Assembly: GCA_963716255.1 (NCBI GenBank)
Contig: OY970303.1
Location: 6,976,001 to 7,040,000, forward strand
DNA: 64,000 nt
Origin: an uncultured Gemmatimonadales bacterium
Lineage (GTDB): Bacteria; Gemmatimonadota; Gemmatimonadetes; Longimicrobiales; Longimicrobiaceae
Reading direction: 5' to 3'
Part shown: piece by piece, positions 12,001 to 21,903 of the stretch
Layout of the letters: each line of letters opens with the position of its first letter
Numbering within the stretch: position 1 is the first letter of the stretch
Notes under the pieces: model-generated
Databases searched by the model: none
The model's input: the letters and a program-made list of their open reading frames with translations, nothing else
What the model was told of the DNA's origin: nothing
Made by a program: the position numbers and the translations under genes

Positions 12001-15000
12001 CGGCTGGTGGCGGACGCGGCTTGCCGGCGCGCCGCCGCTGCTGGAGATCCCCACGGACCGCCCGCGCGCGCCGGGGCTGAGCCCGCTCGCGGCCAGCCAG
12101 GGCTTCCGCGCCGCGCCCGGCCTGCCGCCGCGGCTGCGGGACATCGCGCGGCGCGAAGGGGCCACGCTGTTCATGACGCTGCTTGCGGCGTGGCAGGCGC
12201 TCCTGGGCCGCTACGCCGGGCAGGAAGACGTGGTCGTCGGCAGCCCCGTCGCGGGGCGCGACCGGCGCGAGGTGGAGGGACTGATCGGCTTCTTCGTCAA
12301 CATGCTCCCGCTGCGCGCGGACCTGTCCGGGGATCCCACCTGGCACGAGCTGCTGGGACGGGTGCGGGACGAGACGCTGGGGGCGTACGACCACCAGGCG
12401 CTCCCCTTCGAGCGCCTGGTGGACGAGCTGGGCGTGGCGCGCAGCCTCGTGCACGCGCCGGTCTTCCAGACGGTCTTCACCCTGGACCAGGACGGCGGGG
12501 ACGGCGGGCGGCCGGAGCTGGGCAATCTCGCCGTGGAGCCGTTCGGCGGCGGCGGGCACGTCGCCAAGTTCGACCTGGACCTGGTGCTCGCCGATGCGGG
12601 CGAGGAGCTGGGCGGGTCGATCGTGTACCGCTCCGCGCTGTTCGAGGCGGCGACCGTCGCGCGCATGGCCGGGCACCTGGCGGCCGTGCTGGAGGCGCTG
12701 GCGGCCGACCCCGGGGCGCGCCTCTCGGAGGCGTCGCTGCTCCGCGACGCCGAGCGGGCGCAGCTGCTGGCCGACGCCCGGGCGGAGCCGGTCCAGGGGC
12801 CGGCGGCGTGCGTGCACGAGCTGTTCGCGGCGCAGGCCGCGCGCACTCCCGGGCTGGCGGCGGTCGCCGGCCCCGGCGGGACGCTGAGCTACGCGGAGCT
12901 GGAGCGCCGGGCCAACCGGCTCGCGCACCACCTGCGCTGGCGGGGCGTCGGGCCGGAGGTCCGCGTCGGCGTGTGCCTGGAGCGCGGCGTGGAGATGGTG
13001 GTGGCGGTGCTGGGCGTGCTGGGGGCCGGCGGCGCCTACGTTCCGCTGGACCCCGCCTACCCGGCCGAGCGCCTGGCGTACACCCTGGACGACTCCGGCG
13101 CCACGCTGCTGGTGTCGGAGAGCCGCCTGCTGGACAGGGTCCCGGACTTCGCGGGCGGGCGCGTCCTCCTGGACGCGGACCGCGAGGCGATCGCCGCCGG
13201 GCCGGACGGTGCCCTGCGGAGCGGGGCAGGCCTCCGCAGCGCGGCGTACGTCGTCTACACCTCCGGCTCCACGGGGCTGCCCAAGGGCGTGGTGGTGGAG
13301 CACGCGGCGCTGGCGAGCACGCTGCTGGGCACCCGCGCGAGCTTCGCCCCGGCCGCCGGCGAGGTGATGCCGGCGCTGGCGAGCTTCGCGTTCGACATCT
13401 GGGCGTTCGAGGTCTTCGCCCCGCTGCTCTCGGGCGGGCAGCTGCGGCTGCCGCCGCGGGAGACGGTGCTCGACGTGGAGCGCCTGGCCGGGGAGCTGGC
13501 CGATGTGGACGCGGTGCACGCGGTGCCGGCGCTGATGCGCGAGCTGGTCGCCCGGGTGCGGGCCGGGCCGGGGACGCTGCCGCGCTTGCGGCGCGTGTTC
13601 GTGGGCGGCGACGCGGTCCCCCCCGACCTCCTGGGGGAGATGCGGGAGGCCTTCCCCTCCGCCGGGATCCGGGTGCTGTACGGGCCCACGGAGGCGACCA
13701 TCCTCGCGGCGGCCTCGCGGCCGGAGGCGGGAAGCACCGCGTGGCAGGCGGTGGGCCGGGCGCTCCCCGGGGTGGGGCTGTACGTGTGCGACGCGGCGGG
13801 CGGCCTGCTCCCCGTGGGCGTGCCGGGGGAACTGTGGATCGGCGGCGCGGGGGTGGCGCGCGGCTACCTGGGGCGGCCGGGATTGACGGCGGAAAGGTTC
13901 GTCCCCGACGCCTTCGCCGGCCGGCCGGGCGCGCGGCTGTACCGCACCGGGGACCGGGTGCGGCGCCGCGCGGACGGGGAGCTGGAGTTCCTGGGGCGCA
14001 TGGACCAGCAGGTCAAGATCCGCGGCTTCCGCGTGGAGCCGGGCGAGATCGAGGCGGCGCTGCGGGAGCTGGAGGGCGTGCGCGACGCGGCGGTGGCGGC
14101 CCGCGAGGACGCGCCTGGGCAGAAGCGCCTGGTGGCCTACGTGGTCCCTGCCGGGGGGGCGCGGCCCACCGCCGGCGAGCTGCGGGCGCGCCTGCAGACG
14201 CGGCTCCCGGAGCACATGGTGCCGGGGGCGTTCGTCGTGCTGGAGGCGCTGCCGCTGTCGTCCACCGGCAAGGTGGACCGGCGGGCGCTGCCGGCGCCGG
14301 CAGGCGCGGCGGCGGAGCGCCGCGCGCCGCGGACCCCGGCGGAAGAGGTGCTTGCGGAGATCTGGGGCGACGTGCTGGGGAGGGAGCGGGTGGGGGCGGA
14401 CGAGGACTTCTTCGAGCTGGGGGGACACTCCCTGCTGGCGACGCGGGTGGTGTCGCGGGTGCGGGCGGCCTTCGGGGTGGAGCTGCCGCTGCGCGCGATC
14501 TTCGAGGCGCCCACCGTCGCCGCCCTGGCGGCCGCGGTCGGCGCGCTGCGGGCGGAGGGCGGGCGCGCTCAGGCGCCGCCCCTCGTCCCCGTGCCCCGCG
14601 ACGGCCGGGCGCTGCCGCTCTCCTTCGCGCAGCAGCGGCTCTGGTTCATCGACCAGCTGGAGCCCGGCAGCGCCCTGTACAACATGCCGTTCGCGCTGCG
14701 CCTGCGGGGCCGCTTCGACCCGGCGCTGCTGGAGCGCGCCCTGACCGGGATCGTGCGGCGCCACGAGACGCTGCGCACCGTCTTCGCCGCCGTGGACGGC
14801 GAGCCCGTGCAGGTGGTCCGCGCCGCCGCCCCGTTCGTCCTCCCCGTCGCCGACCTGCGGGGCCTGCCGGTGGAGGCGCGCGGGGCGCAGGCCCTGCGGC
14901 TCGTGTCGGCGGAGGCGGCGCGGCCGTTCGACCTGGCCGCGGGACCGCTGCTGCGCGCCCTCGCGGTCCGCCTGGAGGAGGACGGGTGGGCGCTGCTCCT

Positions 15001-18000
15001 GGCCATGCACCACGTCGTCGCCGACGGGTGGAGCACGGGGGTGCTGGTGCGCGAGCTTTCCGCGCTCTACGACGCCTTCAGCCGGGGCGAGGAGCCGCGA
15101 CTCCCCGAGCTCCCCGTGCAGTACGCCGACTTCGCCGCCTGGCAGCGCGCCTGGCTTTCGGGCGCAACGCTGGAAGCGCATCTCGGCTTCTGGCGCGAGA
15201 AGCTGGCGGACGCCCCGCCGCTGCTGGAGCTGCCGACCGACTGGCCGCGCCCGCAGGTGCGGGACGCCCGCGGCGCGAGCGTGCGGATCGAGCTTCCCGC
15301 AAAAGTCTCGGGCGGGCTGCGCGCCCTCGCCCGGCGCGAGGGGGCGACGGCGTTCATGGCGCTGCTGGCGGCCTGGCAGCTCCTGCTGTCGCGCTACGCG
15401 GGGCAGGAGGACGTCAGCGTGGGCACGCCCATCGCCGGGCGTACGCGCCTGGAGACGGAGGGGCTGATCGGCTTCTTCGTCAACACGCTCGTGCTGAGGA
15501 CCGACCTGTCGGGCGAGCCCTCGTTCCGCGAGCTGCTGGCGCGGGTGCGGGAAACCACGCTGGCCGCGTACCCGCACCAGGAGGTCCCCTTCGAGCGGCT
15601 GGTGGAGGAGCTGGCGCCGGAGCGCACCCTCGCCCACACCCCGCTCTTCCAGGCGATGTTCGCGCTGCAGAACAACGAGCGCGGCGAGCTGCGCATGGGC
15701 CCGGTGGAGGTGGAGCCCCTGGCGGCCGGCGGCGCGGAGACGGCGAAGTACGACCTGACGCTGGAGCTGGGGGAGGACGAGCGGGGCTTCGCCGGGTCGT
15801 TCGCGTACCGCGCCGGGCTGTGGGACCGGGCGACGATGGAGCGGATGGCGGCCCACTTCGTCCGCCTGGCGGCGGCGGTCGTGGCGGACGCCGACGGTCC
15901 CGCCGCCGGCGCCGCCTTCCTGGGCCGGGAGGAGCGCACACAGCTCCTGGCGGGGTGGAACGCCACGGAGGCCGGCTATCCCGCCGGGGACCTGGTGCAC
16001 GACCTGTTCGCCGCCCAGGCGGCGCGGACGCCGGACGCCGTCGCGCTGGGGTTCGGCGCGCGGGAGATCCGCTACGTGGAGCTGGACGCCGCGGCAAACC
16101 GGCTCGCCGGTCTGCTGCGGCGCCGCGGGGTGGGTCCGGAGAGCCGGGTGGGGGTGATGCTCGGGCGCAGGCCGGGGCTGCTCGTCGCCCTGCTCGGGGT
16201 GCTCAAGGCCGGCGGCGCCTACGTGCCGCTGGACCCGGCGTACCCGCGCGAGCGCCTGGCCCGGATGATCGAGGACGCCGCGGTCGAGCTGGTGCTGACG
16301 ACCGGGGAGCTGGCGGACCGCTGCGGCGGCGCGGAGGTCCTGGCGCTGGACGCGGCGGCCGCGGAGCTGGCCCGCCAGCCCGCGGACGCGCCGCGGACGG
16401 GCGTGGGGCCGGAGAACCTGTCGCACGTCGTCTTCACCTCCGGGTCCACCGGGCGGCCCAAGGGGGTGATGATCCGCCACGCCTCCACCGCGGTGCTGAT
16501 GCACTGGATGCGCGACAACGTGCCGGACCGGGAGCGCTCCGGCGTGCTGTGGTCCACCTCCGTCAGCTTCGACGTGTCGGTGGCCGAGGTCTTCGGCACG
16601 CTGTGCTGGGGCGGCAGGCTGGTGCTGGTGGAGAATGCGCTGGCGCTGCCGGAGGCGGCGGGGCGGGGGATCGTCTACGCGAGCATGGTCCCCACCGCCG
16701 CGGCCGAGCTGCTGCGCGCGGGCGGGATCCCGGCGAGCGTGCGGACGCTCAACCTGGGCGGCGAGCCGCTGCCGGCCGACCTGGCCCGGGCGCTGTACGC
16801 CACGGGCACGGTGGAGACGGTGGGGAACCTGTACGGCCCCACCGAGGACACCACGTACTCCACCTATGCGCGGGTGGCCCGGGACGCCGACCGGGTGCCG
16901 GTGGGCCGCCCGGTGGCGAACACGCGGGCGTACGTGCTGGACGCGCGCCTGGAGCCGGTGCCCGTGGGCGTGGCCGGCGAGCTGTACCTGGCCGGCGACG
17001 GGACGGCGCGCGGCTACGCGGGCCGCCCCGGGCCGACGGCCGAGCGGTTCCTCCCCGACGCCTTCGGCGCGGCGGGGGGGCGGATGTACCGGACGGGGGA
17101 CCGGGTGCGCTGGCTGGCCACGGGGGAGCTGGAGTACCTGGGCCGGACGGACCAGCAGGTCAAGGTGCGCGGCTTCCGCGTCGAGCCCGGGGAGATCGAG
17201 GCGGTGCTGCGGGAGCACCCCGGCGTGCGGGACGCCGTGGCCGTGGTGCGCGGGGACGCCGCCCCCGGCGCGCCCGGCGAGCGGCGGCTGGTCGCCTACG
17301 TGGTGGGCGAGGCGGACGCGGCGGAGCTGCGGGCGCACCTCCGGGCGCACCTGCCGGAGCACATGGTGCCCTCCGCGATCGTGGAACTGGCGGAGCTGCC
17401 GCGGACCGGGAGCGGCAAGACCGACCGGCGGGCGCTCCCCGCGCCGGAGCCGGCGGCCGGGGCGGCGGCGTACGTGGCGCCGCGCACCCCGGAGGAGGAG
17501 GTGCTGGCCGGGATCTGGGCCGCGGTGCTGGGAACCGAGCGCGTCGGCGCCACGGACGACTTCTTCGCGCTCGGCGGCCATAGCCTGCTGGCGGTCCGCC
17601 TGCTGGCCCGGGTCGAGGCGGCGACGGGGCGGCGCCTGCCGCTCGCCGCCCTGTTCGCCGCGCCCACGGTGGAGCGGCTGGCCGGCCTCCTCCGGGCGGA
17701 GCCGGACGCGTCGCCCGCGTCGCCGCTCGTGCGCCTTCACCAGGGGGGGACGGGCACCCCCCTCTTCCTGGTCCACGCCGCCGGGGGGAGCGCGCTCCCC
17801 TTCCAGGCGCTGGGCCGGCGGCTGGGCGCGGAGCGTCCCGTCTACGGGCTGCAGTCCCGGGGGCTGGACGGCGAGGCCGCCCCGCGGGCGGGCATCGCGG
17901 AGATGGCCGAGGACTACCTCGCCCGCGTGCGCGGCGTCCAGCCGCGCGGGCCCTACCTGCTGGGCGGCTGGTCGATGGGCGGAGTCGTGGCCTACGAGAT

Positions 18001-18529
18001 GGCACGCCGCCTCCGCGCGGCGGGCGAGGAGGTGGCGCTGCTGGCACTGCTCGACTCCGTGCTGGCCCCGTCCGGCGGGGAGCCCGCGGACGACCTCCAG
18101 CCGTACCTGGACTTCGCGCTCCAGCTGGGGCTCGCGTCCGGCCAGGCCGGCGGCGTATCGGAGTCGGAAGCCCGGGCGATGGGCCACGCCGAGCGCCTGG
18201 AGCACGTCCGCCGCGCGGCGGTCGCGGCCGGCCTGTTCCCGCCCGACGTCGGCGCGGAGCGGATGGCGGGCCTGTTCGCGGTGTTCCGCGCCAACGCGCT
18301 CGCGCTGCGGCGCTACGTCCGCGGGACCTACGACGGCGAGGTGGTCCTGCTCCAGGCCGCCGAGGGCTCCGCGACCGACCCGTCCGCGCGGGCCGCGTGG
18401 GAGGCGGTCGCCGCGGGCGGGGTGCGGACGCACACGGTCCCCGGGACGCACTTCGGCATGATGCGCGAGCCGCTGTCGCGAGCCGTGGCCGATGTTCTCG
18501 TGGACGAGTTGCGCCGCACCGGGATCTGA
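2..18529 (+). CDS. Terminal multimodular NRPS, 5'-partial: (A end)-T-E-C-A-T-C-A-T-C-A-T-C-A-T-C-A-T-TE
   Basis: The frame is open from the window edge. Motifs seen: first T with GGDSI followed by an E domain ([23 protein letters not shown]); C domains with HHxxxDGWS; five A domains (Y/FTSGSTG, YRTGD, GKxDR); GGHSL carriers; C-terminal TE (GWSMGG, GTHFGMM). Confidence 0.97.
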   Translation, partial: TEPSAAELRGALQERLPEYMVPAAIVVLESIPLNANGKVDRRALPAPEWSGDAGSYVAPRTPAEEVLAAVWAEVLRLERVGVHDDFFERGGDSILSIQVVARARQRGLKLTPRQLFERPTAARLAEVAEWVDAGAAGEAQGPVTGEAPPTPVQRQFFAQENPAPHHFNQALLLVPREALDPVLLDRAVAALEAHHDALRLRFRRDDSGAWTQTHAGVGERSPVAVLRVPDGAALEAAAGQVQRSLDPARGPLLRVVLFDLGGGGQRLLVVVHHLAADGVSWRILLEDLATACTQLARGEAVRLPAKTTAWKRWAGHLAGRARSGALAGEAGYWLAQARLDVAPLPLDDAAGENTAARESSVSVRLDEAETEALVREVPRAYRTRIDDVLLTALARTLARWTGSPRARVELEGHGREEEAAGDVDLSRTVGWFTAVYPVVLELPGSGGPGEALKAVKEQLRRVPGKGLGHGLLRWLSGTEAGAELAAAPGAEVAFNYLGQVDAAVSADTFFGFAPESAGAPRDERTPRAHRLEIVGAIAGGRLEMSIGYSAAVHHGATMERVAAWYAGELRGLIAHCTSPGAGGWTPSDFPLAGLAQAQVDALLGRDRGVEDVYPLTPMQEGMLFQTLHAPRSGAYVGQFRYVLEGELDAEALRRAWEGGIARHAALRAGFAWEGVERPLQVVRREVELEMRRRDWRELDRAEQAACLERFLDEDRREGFDPARAPLMRLALFRTADREHELVWTHHHLVLDGWSLGVLFRDVLGLYAAFARGEKVRPREARPYREYVAWLERQDLARAEGFWRATLAGFAAPTPFPVRPGGVDGAEPGSGAVWVEMGEERTRALQEQARRWGVTPGTVVQGAWALLLARGSGEDDVVFGATVSGRPPELAGVEEMVGLFINTLPVRVRLHGAATTGEWLGALQAEQARAREFEYAPLARVQRWSDVPSGEALFESLVAFENYPVDERLGEGIGGLRVRSGQAIEHFDHPLVLTATVDARLRAELRYDRARVEADTAERMAGQLETLLESMAAHPGRRLDDISLLRPAERARLLHDARGEHRPFPEDVLVHHLVARRAAAWPDAPAVACGGHTLSYAELHRRAAALAARLRARGVAPEQPVALFLDRSPELAVAVLATLQAGGAFLPLDAGHPRERLEYLLADSGADLVLTRASLAGRLPGGGAAVLCVDAPEEPGAPAGPAGPAVETGSDGLAYLCYTSGSTGRPKAAMVSHRSLVCYAEAMRAELGLGAGDRFLQFASPAFDVFIEEIFPAWLGGACVVMAGGDLLGSPAELNRVLQAERVTLVELPTAFWHEWVRQLAEEGARPPGCLRLVLMGGERVLPERLARWAGMGVPLLHVFGLTETTVTTTTLRLEAGDAGARWANLPVGTPLANAAAYVLGAGGAAGEPAPTGVPGELYVGGAAVARGYRGRPELTAERYVPDALGGEPGARLYRTGDRARRLADGTIEFLGRTDQQVKIRGFRIEPAEVEAVLAEHGAVREAVVLVREDAVSGVPGDRRLVGYVVAEQGAALSLADLREHAGRSLPAYMVPGAFVVLDALPLTSNGKIDRRALPAPEWSAAAGAYAAPRTATEEILCGIWEEVLEVERAGVRDGFFDLGGHSLLAMRAVSRVRQALGVEVSLRDLFEAPTVAELAGRIEAVPGARAAGAAHPIGRSARGGALPLSFAQQRLWLVDRLEPGSPAYNMPFALRLRGGLDAGALQRSLDALVRRHETLRTVFAEADGEPVQVIRDTAPVRIELRDLRALPAAEREGEARRQAGEEALRPFDLARGPLLRAALLRLDDGDHVLCFTLHHIVGDGWSTDVLVREVAALYAAFSRGEEPHLPELPVQYADYAVWQRDRLCGEALEEQVGYWKEKLEGAPPLLGIPTDHPRSARGSPRAGTHGFVLPAAVSRELRALSRREGATLFMTILAAWQALLGRYAGQEDVVVGTPIAGRTRRETEGLIGFFVNMLPLRTDLSGDPTWSALLGRVRETALGAYEHQELPFERLVEELSTERSLTHAPVFQVVFGLDRAGARDERPRLGDVEPEPFGEGAVVAKFDLDLAVGDDGAELGGALVYREALFEAATIARMAGQLEILLASMAADPGRRSAEVSLLSAAERVQVLESWNPADVELSTAGLYERFAEQAARTPDAVAVAGRGEALTYAALLRRAGRLARVLRREGAGPERVVGIFMEHSADAVAALLGTLGAGGCCLLLDPEHPPVRILSLLEDAGVGLVVTQPHLRGRLPSGRDGLRVVEMDDGFAGDGDEPALPAVAPGSAAYLVYTSGSTGRPKGVVVPHGAAAAHFREVARTYGLSPADRVLVFAAQSFDPFFEQVLAPLLAGASVAPRDPAVWTPAEFAERVGALGVTVANVPPAYWGQLVREPAAVAALKQALRLVIVGGDALAPATVRAWEEEGTGAARLLNAYGPTEAVVTATVHDATGGGAGGWTGSVPIGRAVGGRRTYVLDGRGEPEPAGVAGELYIGGTVLARGYLGRPEQTAERFVPDPYSGEAGARMYRTGDRARWLGTGELEFLGRLDAQVKLRGIRVEPGEIEAALLEHPAVGEAAVAAREDAAPGAAGERRLVAYVVGRGAEEPTAAELRAHLQERLPRALVPAAFVVLERLPLTPGGKVDRRALPAPEGGGGTAHEYAAPRTVAEELLSGIWAAVLRLERVGTRDSFFELGGHSLLAAQVVSRVRQAFGVELPLRALFEAPTVAALAARIEALRAGGAAAAPRLERAPREGSGGLPPSFAQQRLWLVDRLDPESPAYNMPYALRLRGPLDPAALRASLDALAGRHESLRTTFAERDGAPVQVVHPAAPVPLPVVDLRGVPAAAREPQAERLAAGEARRPFDLARGPLLRATLLRLDETDHVLCFTLHHVVGDGWSMQVLVREVSALYAALARGEEPRLPELPVQYADYAAWQRSWLSGEVLEEQLRFWKDALAGAPPLLRVPTDRPRSAAPGGRAGTHRFVLSPGTSLGLRELARQAGTTPFMTLLAAWQGLLGRYAGQDDVVVGSPVAGRSHRETEGLIGFFVNLLALRGDLSGDPAWTELLARTRETVLGALDHQALPFERLVDELGVERSLTHTPVFQVIFALERAGGGDERLSLGEARPEPFGSDGGLAKFDLNLTFLDDAEALAGVLTFRAALFDADTAARMAGHLEAVLDAMASAPERRLSEVSLLRGPERAQLLHAWNGADTGYAGESCIHELVHAQVLRTPGAPALRFEGHSLGYAELYARACRLANRLRREGVGPEARVGICMEPAPEMVAAVLGVLLAGGAYLPLDPELPSERRAYVLGDAAPVLLLTQAALVERLRGCGVPLLAVDAEAGRIARESDEAPATGVDPDNLAYVIYTSGSTGRPKGVLVEHRGVGNTLLELGRVYGTGPGERSLAYAPLHFDASVADLFVALCGGAELVLARREAMLPGEELARTLREERITHLKTMPSALAATPVEALPELRTLVTGGETLPAEQVRRWGAGRAFFNGYGATEASIRMTSSVYSWEGGDPPIGRPVANTQLYVLDARLEPVPVGVAGELFIGGVGVVRGYLGRPDLTAERFVPDPHRGVPGARLYRTGDVGRRRADGEVEFLGRVDHQVKVRGIRVELGEIEAVLRRHARVGEAVVLLREDVPGRQRLVAYVTAEGGADPAAAELRAHLSEALPEYMVPGAFVVLNELPVTANGKIDRRALPAPPGPAEAEHVAPRTPAEELLAGIWAEVLGTGRVGAETSFFELGGHSLLATRVMSRVRQAFGVEVPLRALFEAPTVAGLARRIEALRHAGAPAAPPIERLRGARGGPLPPSFAQQRLWLVDRLEPGSAAYNMPYALRLRGPLDPAALRAGLDALVRRHEVLRTVFAEHEGAPVQVVHDPAPAALAEPDLRRLPGAEREAEAARLAAAEALRPFDLARGPLLRGALLRLADDDHVLCLTLHHVVSDGWSRGVLVRELAALYAACSRGEVPHLPELPVQYADYAVWQREWLSDEVLEEQVGWWRTRLAGAPPLLEIPTDRPRAPGLSPLAASQGFRAAPGLPPRLRDIARREGATLFMTLLAAWQALLGRYAGQEDVVVGSPVAGRDRREVEGLIGFFVNMLPLRADLSGDPTWHELLGRVRDETLGAYDHQALPFERLVDELGVARSLVHAPVFQTVFTLDQDGGDGGRPELGNLAVEPFGGGGHVAKFDLDLVLADAGEELGGSIVYRSALFEAATVARMAGHLAAVLEALAADPGARLSEASLLRDAERAQLLADARAEPVQGPAACVHELFAAQAARTPGLAAVAGPGGTLSYAELERRANRLAHHLRWRGVGPEVRVGVCLERGVEMVVAVLGVLGAGGAYVPLDPAYPAERLAYTLDDSGATLLVSESRLLDRVPDFAGGRVLLDADREAIAAGPDGALRSGAGLRSAAYVVYTSGSTGLPKGVVVEHAALASTLLGTRASFAPAAGEVMPALASFAFDIWAFEVFAPLLSGGQLRLPPRETVLDVERLAGELADVDAVHAVPALMRELVARVRAGPGTLPRLRRVFVGGDAVPPDLLGEMREAFPSAGIRVLYGPTEATILAAASRPEAGSTAWQAVGRALPGVGLYVCDAAGGLLPVGVPGELWIGGAGVARGYLGRPGLTAERFVPDAFAGRPGARLYRTGDRVRRRADGELEFLGRMDQQVKIRGFRVEPGEIEAALRELEGVRDAAVAAREDAPGQKRLVAYVVPAGGARPTAGELRARLQTRLPEHMVPGAFVVLEALPLSSTGKVDRRALPAPAGAAAERRAPRTPAEEVLAEIWGDVLGRERVGADEDFFELGGHSLLATRVVSRVRAAFGVELPLRAIFEAPTVAALAAAVGALRAEGGRAQAPPLVPVPRDGRALPLSFAQQRLWFIDQLEPGSALYNMPFALRLRGRFDPALLERALTGIVRRHETLRTVFAAVDGEPVQVVRAAAPFVLPVADLRGLPVEARGAQALRLVSAEAARPFDLAAGPLLRALAVRLEEDGWALLLAMHHVVADGWSTGVLVRELSALYDAFSRGEEPRLPELPVQYADFAAWQRAWLSGATLEAHLGFWREKLADAPPLLELPTDWPRPQVRDARGASVRIELPAKVSGGLRALARREGATAFMALLAAWQLLLSRYAGQEDVSVGTPIAGRTRLETEGLIGFFVNTLVLRTDLSGEPSFRELLARVRETTLAAYPHQEVPFERLVEELAPERTLAHTPLFQAMFALQNNERGELRMGPVEVEPLAAGGAETAKYDLTLELGEDERGFAGSFAYRAGLWDRATMERMAAHFVRLAAAVVADADGPAAGAAFLGREERTQLLAGWNATEAGYPAGDLVHDLFAAQAARTPDAVALGFGAREIRYVELDAAANRLAGLLRRRGVGPESRVGVMLGRRPGLLVALLGVLKAGGAYVPLDPAYPRERLARMIEDAAVELVLTTGELADRCGGAEVLALDAAAAELARQPADAPRTGVGPENLSHVVFTSGSTGRPKGVMIRHASTAVLMHWMRDNVPDRERSGVLWSTSVSFDVSVAEVFGTLCWGGRLVLVENALALPEAAGRGIVYASMVPTAAAELLRAGGIPASVRTLNLGGEPLPADLARALYATGTVETVGNLYGPTEDTTYSTYARVARDADRVPVGRPVANTRAYVLDARLEPVPVGVAGELYLAGDGTARGYAGRPGPTAERFLPDAFGAAGGRMYRTGDRVRWLATGELEYLGRTDQQVKVRGFRVEPGEIEAVLREHPGVRDAVAVVRGDAAPGAPGERRLVAYVVGEADAAELRAHLRAHLPEHMVPSAIVELAELPRTGSGKTDRRALPAPEPAAGAAAYVAPRTPEEEVLAGIWAAVLGTERVGATDDFFALGGHSLLAVRLLARVEAATGRRLPLAALFAAPTVERLAGLLRAEPDASPASPLVRLHQGGTGTPLFLVHAAGGSALPFQALGRRLGAERPVYGLQSRGLDGEAAPRAGIAEMAEDYLARVRGVQPRGPYLLGGWSMGGVVAYEMARRLRAAGEEVALLALLDSVLAPSGGEPADDLQPYLDFALQLGLASGQAGGVSESEARAMGHAERLEHVRRAAVAAGLFPPDVGAERMAGLFAVFRANALALRRYVRGTYDGEVVLLQAAEGSATDPSARAAWEAVAAGGVRTHTVPGTHFGMMREPLSRAVADVLVDELRRTGI

Positions 18530-18565
18530 CGACCGGATCCGGCTGAAACAGCTTGGTACGACCGG

Positions 18566-18696
18566 TTCGGGCGTGCCCCCGCTGGCGCGGGGTCGGGCTG
18601 CGGCTCCGTAGCAGACGAAACGACCGTCTGCAACGGAGGCGAGCCCGCGCAAACAGCCGCGCGGTCTCGCCGCTTCGCGCTCGCATCCCTCACGCG
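18566..18696 (+). repeat. Structured ~130-nt repeat / candidate ncRNA, copy 1
   Basis: Runs TTCGGGCGTGCCCC...TCCCTCACGCG, is homologous to 18859-18990 (-) and 22756-22891 (+), and has nested stems with compensatory changes. Confidence 0.85.
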
Positions 18697-18725
18697 GGCG
18701 CCGCGCTGGCGTCCGCGAGGGTGGG

Positions 18726-18770
18726 CCCCCTCACCCCCCGGCCCCCTCTCCCACGAGGGGAGAGGGGGAG
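18726..18770. repeat. BoxC/REP-like palindrome
   Basis: CCCCCTCACCCCCCGGCCCCCTCTCCC-ACGAG-GGGAGAGGGGGAG, with a near-identical copy at 22921-22970. Confidence 0.75.
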
Positions 18771-18784
18771 CACGGCAACGGCGA

Positions 18785-18856
18785 CCCCCCTCCCCCCGGC
18801 CCCCTCCCCCGCAAGGGGGGAGGGTGGCGAGCCTCAAGCGAGCCGGGTGGGGGCCT
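18785..18856. repeat. BoxC/REP-like palindrome, long form
   Basis: CCCTCCCCC-GCAAG-GGGGGAGGGTGGCG-N12-GCCGGGTGGGGGCCT, which matches the intragenic copy at 39381-39435. Confidence 0.75.
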
Positions 18857-18858
18857 GT

Positions 18859-19033
18859 CGCGTGAGGGATTTCGGCCCGAAGGGGCGAGACCCGGCGGCT
18901 GTTTGCCGGGGCTCGACTCCGTTGGGCTGCGTTGTTTGCAGCCCTACGGAGCCGAAGCCCGACCCCGGCGCAGCCGGGGGCACGCCCGAATCCCATGCTC
19001 CCGACCCCGACGCCAGCCGAGGGCACGCCCGAA
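18859..19033 (-). repeat. Structured repeat copy 2, inverted, with a duplicated 5' hairpin
   Basis: The reverse complement is nearly identical to 22714-22891, including the AGCATGGGATTC spacer between the two 5' hairpins. Confidence 0.85.
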
Positions 19034-19041
19034 TCAGCCGT

Positions 19042-21060
19042 TCAATTCGAAACCGTCCAGCGGTTGTTGGTCCGGTCGATGTCCGGGAACGCCTCCTCCG
19101 GGTCGATCTCCACCCGCGTCACCGCGGGCACGGACCGGACCCGCACGACCTGGCTCCGCGCCCCTCCCAGCCACACCTCCACCGGCACCTCCACCCGCTC
19201 GGTGCTCCCGTCCGCGCGCGTCACCACCAGCCGCGCGGGCATCGGCGCCATCCCCAGGTCCGCGACGGTGATCTCGGTCTCGGCGCCGGCGGCGCGCACC
19301 CCGGCGACCGCCTGGTCCAGCGTCCACGTCTCGAACCACCAGGTGCGCCAGAACCAGTCCAGGTCGCGCCCGGACACGTCCTCGAAGGTGTTCCACAGGT
19401 CGTACGGCTGCGGGTGGCGGTTCGTCCAGCGCCGGCCGTACTCGCGCAGGGCGCGCACGAACACCTCCTCGCCCAGGAGCCCGCGGAGGCTCCGCAGGGT
19501 GGTGGCCGTCTTGTCGTAGCTGCCGAAGCTGAACGCCAGCGGGGTGGGGAACAGGTCGCCGTGGCGCATCAGCTCCGCCTCGCCCGTGTACGTCTCGCGC
19601 CCGCCCATGCGCGCCAGCTCCAGGTAGCGCTCGCGGACGTTCCGCTCCGGCTCCGGCCCGTGGAAGAACTCCCGCACCGCCTGCGCCTGGTTGAAGCGCG
19701 TGAGCCCCTCGTCCTGCCAGGTGTACCGGCGCTCGTTGGACCCCACCGACATGGGGAACCACATGTGCGCGGTCTCGTGGGCGGTCACGGAGTACAGCGA
19801 GATGGTGTCGCGCTGCCCGCCGATGCAGGTCATCATGGGGTACTCCATCCCGCTGCACGACACGACCCCGTCCATGGAGGTCATCTGCGGGTACGGGTAC
19901 GGCCACAGGTAGCCGCTGAGGAATTCCACCGCGTGCCGGGTGTAGACCGCGGACCGGTCCCACGCCCACGCCACCTTTTCGGGGCGGTAGAAGGTGTGGA
20001 TGGCGGCGGTGTCCGGCCTCCCGTCGCCCGTGGCGTCCCCGGCGGCGGCGGCGGTGGCGTCCCACAGGTACCGGTCGGAGGTCCCCCAGGCGAAGTCGCG
20101 GACGCCCCGGGCCTGGAACCGCCAGGTGAGCCTGCGGTCCGGCGAGGTGCGCGTCGCCCGCCCCGCGCCCCGGTCGGCCGCGGCGACCACGTGCACCACC
20201 CCGGCGCCGCCGCGCGCGGCCTCCAGCCGGGCGAGGGTCTGCGGGGTGAGAATTTCCGCGGCGTTGCCCAGCGTCCCGGTGGAGCCCACCAGCCACCCCT
20301 GCGGGACGGTGACGGACACGTCGTAGTCGGCGTAGCCCATGTAGAACTCCGCGCGCCCCAGGTACGGGTCGGTGAACCACCCGTCCACGTCGTCGTAGAC
20401 GGCGATCTGCGGGTACCAGTAGGCGATGAAGAAGACTTCGCCGTCGGTCCCCGTGCGCGGCGCCCCGTCCGGCGGGACGACGTAATTCCAGGCGAACTCG
20501 AAGTCGGCGCTCCCCCCGGGCTCGATGGGCCGCGGGAGCCGCAGCGTGGCGACGGTGCCGCTCACCGCGTACGCGGGCGTCCCCGCCTCGTCCAGCGCGC
20601 CGACGGCCGGGAGCGCCTGCCCCTGCGCCGCCACCCGCGCGAGCTCCACCCCTCCGGTCGCCGGGACCGGGTCGTTCCGGGGGGCGCCCGGCGCGAACAG
20701 GTTGGGGTGCAGGTACACCGCCACGGTGGCCAGGGTGTCGGGGGAGCGGTTCCGGTAGCGCACCGTCCCGGTCCCCGTGAGCCGCCGGGTGGCCGGGTCC
20801 AGCCGGGCCGAGAGCGCGTACTGCGCGTACTGCGTCCAGTAGCGCGGCCCCGGCCGGCCGGTGCGGGTGCGCGTCCCCCGCTCCACCGCGCGCCGGAACG
20901 CCGGGCTTTCGACCACCGGGTACGGCCGCGGCCGCGCCTCCGCGGCCGGCGGCGCGGCCGCCCGCGCCTGCGCTCCCGCGGGCGGCGGCAGCGCGCCGGC
21001 GAGCAGCGCGAGCCCGGCGGCGCGGAGCACGGGGTGGGCGATCCAACGGGAAAGGGCCAT
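19042..21060 (-). CDS. Secreted M1-family zinc metallopeptidase
   Basis: HETAH followed 18 residues later by E (HExxH-18-E), a GMEYP exopeptidase-like motif and an N-terminal signal peptide ending ..AGAQA. Confidence 0.9.
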   Translation of the reverse strand: MALSRWIAHPVLRAAGLALLAGALPPPAGAQARAAAPPAAEARPRPYPVVESPAFRRAVERGTRTRTGRPGPRYWTQYAQYALSARLDPATRRLTGTGTVRYRNRSPDTLATVAVYLHPNLFAPGAPRNDPVPATGGVELARVAAQGQALPAVGALDEAGTPAYAVSGTVATLRLPRPIEPGGSADFEFAWNYVVPPDGAPRTGTDGEVFFIAYWYPQIAVYDDVDGWFTDPYLGRAEFYMGYADYDVSVTVPQGWLVGSTGTLGNAAEILTPQTLARLEAARGGAGVVHVVAAADRGAGRATRTSPDRRLTWRFQARGVRDFAWGTSDRYLWDATAAAAGDATGDGRPDTAAIHTFYRPEKVAWAWDRSAVYTRHAVEFLSGYLWPYPYPQMTSMDGVVSCSGMEYPMMTCIGGQRDTISLYSVTAHETAHMWFPMSVGSNERRYTWQDEGLTRFNQAQAVREFFHGPEPERNVRERYLELARMGGRETYTGEAELMRHGDLFPTPLAFSFGSYDKTATTLRSLRGLLGEEVFVRALREYGRRWTNRHPQPYDLWNTFEDVSGRDLDWFWRTWWFETWTLDQAVAGVRAAGAETEITVADLGMAPMPARLVVTRADGSTERVEVPVEVWLGGARSQVVRVRSVPAVTRVEIDPEEAFPDIDRTNNRWTVSN

Positions 21061-21106
21061 CGCGTAGCGTCTCCGCGCGTGTGGGGTCTGGGGGAACGCG
21101 CGGAAT

Positions 21107-21622
21107 CTAAAGCGGGAGCGGCGGCGGGGCGAGGCGAGCGCCCGCGGCGGCGGCCGGGACGTCCCGCACGCCCGCGGCCTGGGGCAGCGTCTCCACGGCG
21201 ACGATCCGGAACCGCCGCGTCCCGTGCGGCGTCGCCACCGCCACCCGGTCCCCGGGCCTGCGGCCGAGCACGGCCTGGCCGACCGGCGAGGCGAGCGTGA
21301 CCTGGTCCTCGTCCAGGTCGATCATCTCTCCCGTCACCAGCGTGTACGACACGCGCTCCCGGGTGTCGAGGTCCTGGAGCACGACGGACGAGCCGAAGCC
21401 GGCGCGGTCGTACCAGAGCGTGCCCGGATCGAGCCCGGCCAGCCCCGCCACCAGCTGCCCCAGGCGCCGCACGCGCCCCTGGATCCCGCGCTCGCGCTCC
21501 CCCACCGGCGGGCTCACGCGCACCTCCACGTCGCCGGCCGCGCCCGCGGGCACGGCGTCGGTCACCTCCTGGGCGAGCCTTTCCAACTCGGATCCCAGCC
21601 TCGCTCTCAATTCCAGCAGCAT
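21107..21622 (-). CDS. Atypical GreA/GreB-family transcription elongation factor
   Basis: C-terminal Gre domain (GFGSSVVL..YTLV..SPVGQAVLGRRPGD) and an N-terminal coiled coil lacking GDLxENxEY. GGAGG precedes the ATG at 21622; an alternative start lies at 21634. Confidence 0.85.
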   Translation of the reverse strand: MLLELRARLGSELERLAQEVTDAVPAGAAGDVEVRVSPPVGERERGIQGRVRRLGQLVAGLAGLDPGTLWYDRAGFGSSVVLQDLDTRERVSYTLVTGEMIDLDEDQVTLASPVGQAVLGRRPGDRVAVATPHGTRRFRIVAVETLPQAAGVRDVPAAAAGARLAPPPLPL

Positions 21623-21658
21623 CGTCTCCTCCATGGCGGAAGGCACCCCTTTCCATCC

Positions 21659-21685
21659 CGGTCTCGCGAGGCGGCGCTTCGTTAC
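21659..21685 (-). promoter_or_regulatory. Putative ECF promoter of the Gre-like gene
   Basis: GTAACG-N13-CGAGACCG on the minus strand, ending 25-37 nt upstream of the candidate starts. Confidence 0.75.
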
Positions 21686-21774
21686 GGCGCCGGGAACCGG
21701 GGGTCGGCGAGCGGCGAGACTGTTTCCGCCCTGGGGGGTATGACCAGGGGATTCGCGGGCGCCGCGAAAATCGA

Positions 21775-21803
21775 GTGTAACGCGAGCGGCCGTTCCGAGA
21801 CCG
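21775..21803 (+). promoter_or_regulatory. Putative autoregulatory ECF promoter of the sigma gene
   Basis: GTGTAACG-N13-CGAGACCG, 100 nt upstream of the ATG at 21904. Confidence 0.75.
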
Positions 21804-21903
21804 TACAGAGAGAGCCCGTACCCGTACCGGGGCGGACAGTGGACGAACGCGCGGCCGGTCGAGTCGATCTCGACCGGCCTCTGCGCATACCACGGAGAAC
21901 ACG

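Noticed and set aside
145..17583. 5812-aa alternate-frame ORF, and similar ones at 45913-52965 and 56691-60020
   Set aside because: Low-complexity R/G/A/P sequence with no motifs; a stop-poor shadow frame of high-GC coding DNA.
18960..19033. Tandem ~30-nt palindromes (also 22714-22790) as a possible CRISPR
   Set aside because: Only two units, an identical short spacer at both loci and no cas genes; they are part of the structured repeat.
19042..21060. M1 peptidase as a maturation or resistance enzyme for the NRPS product
   Set aside because: Only adjacency supports this. It is convergent with the NRPS and more likely co-transcribed with the Gre-like gene.
21693..21722. GGAACC-N16-CGAGACTG as a fourth copy of the ECF motif
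   Set aside because: The spacer is 16 rather than 13 and both boxes mismatch.
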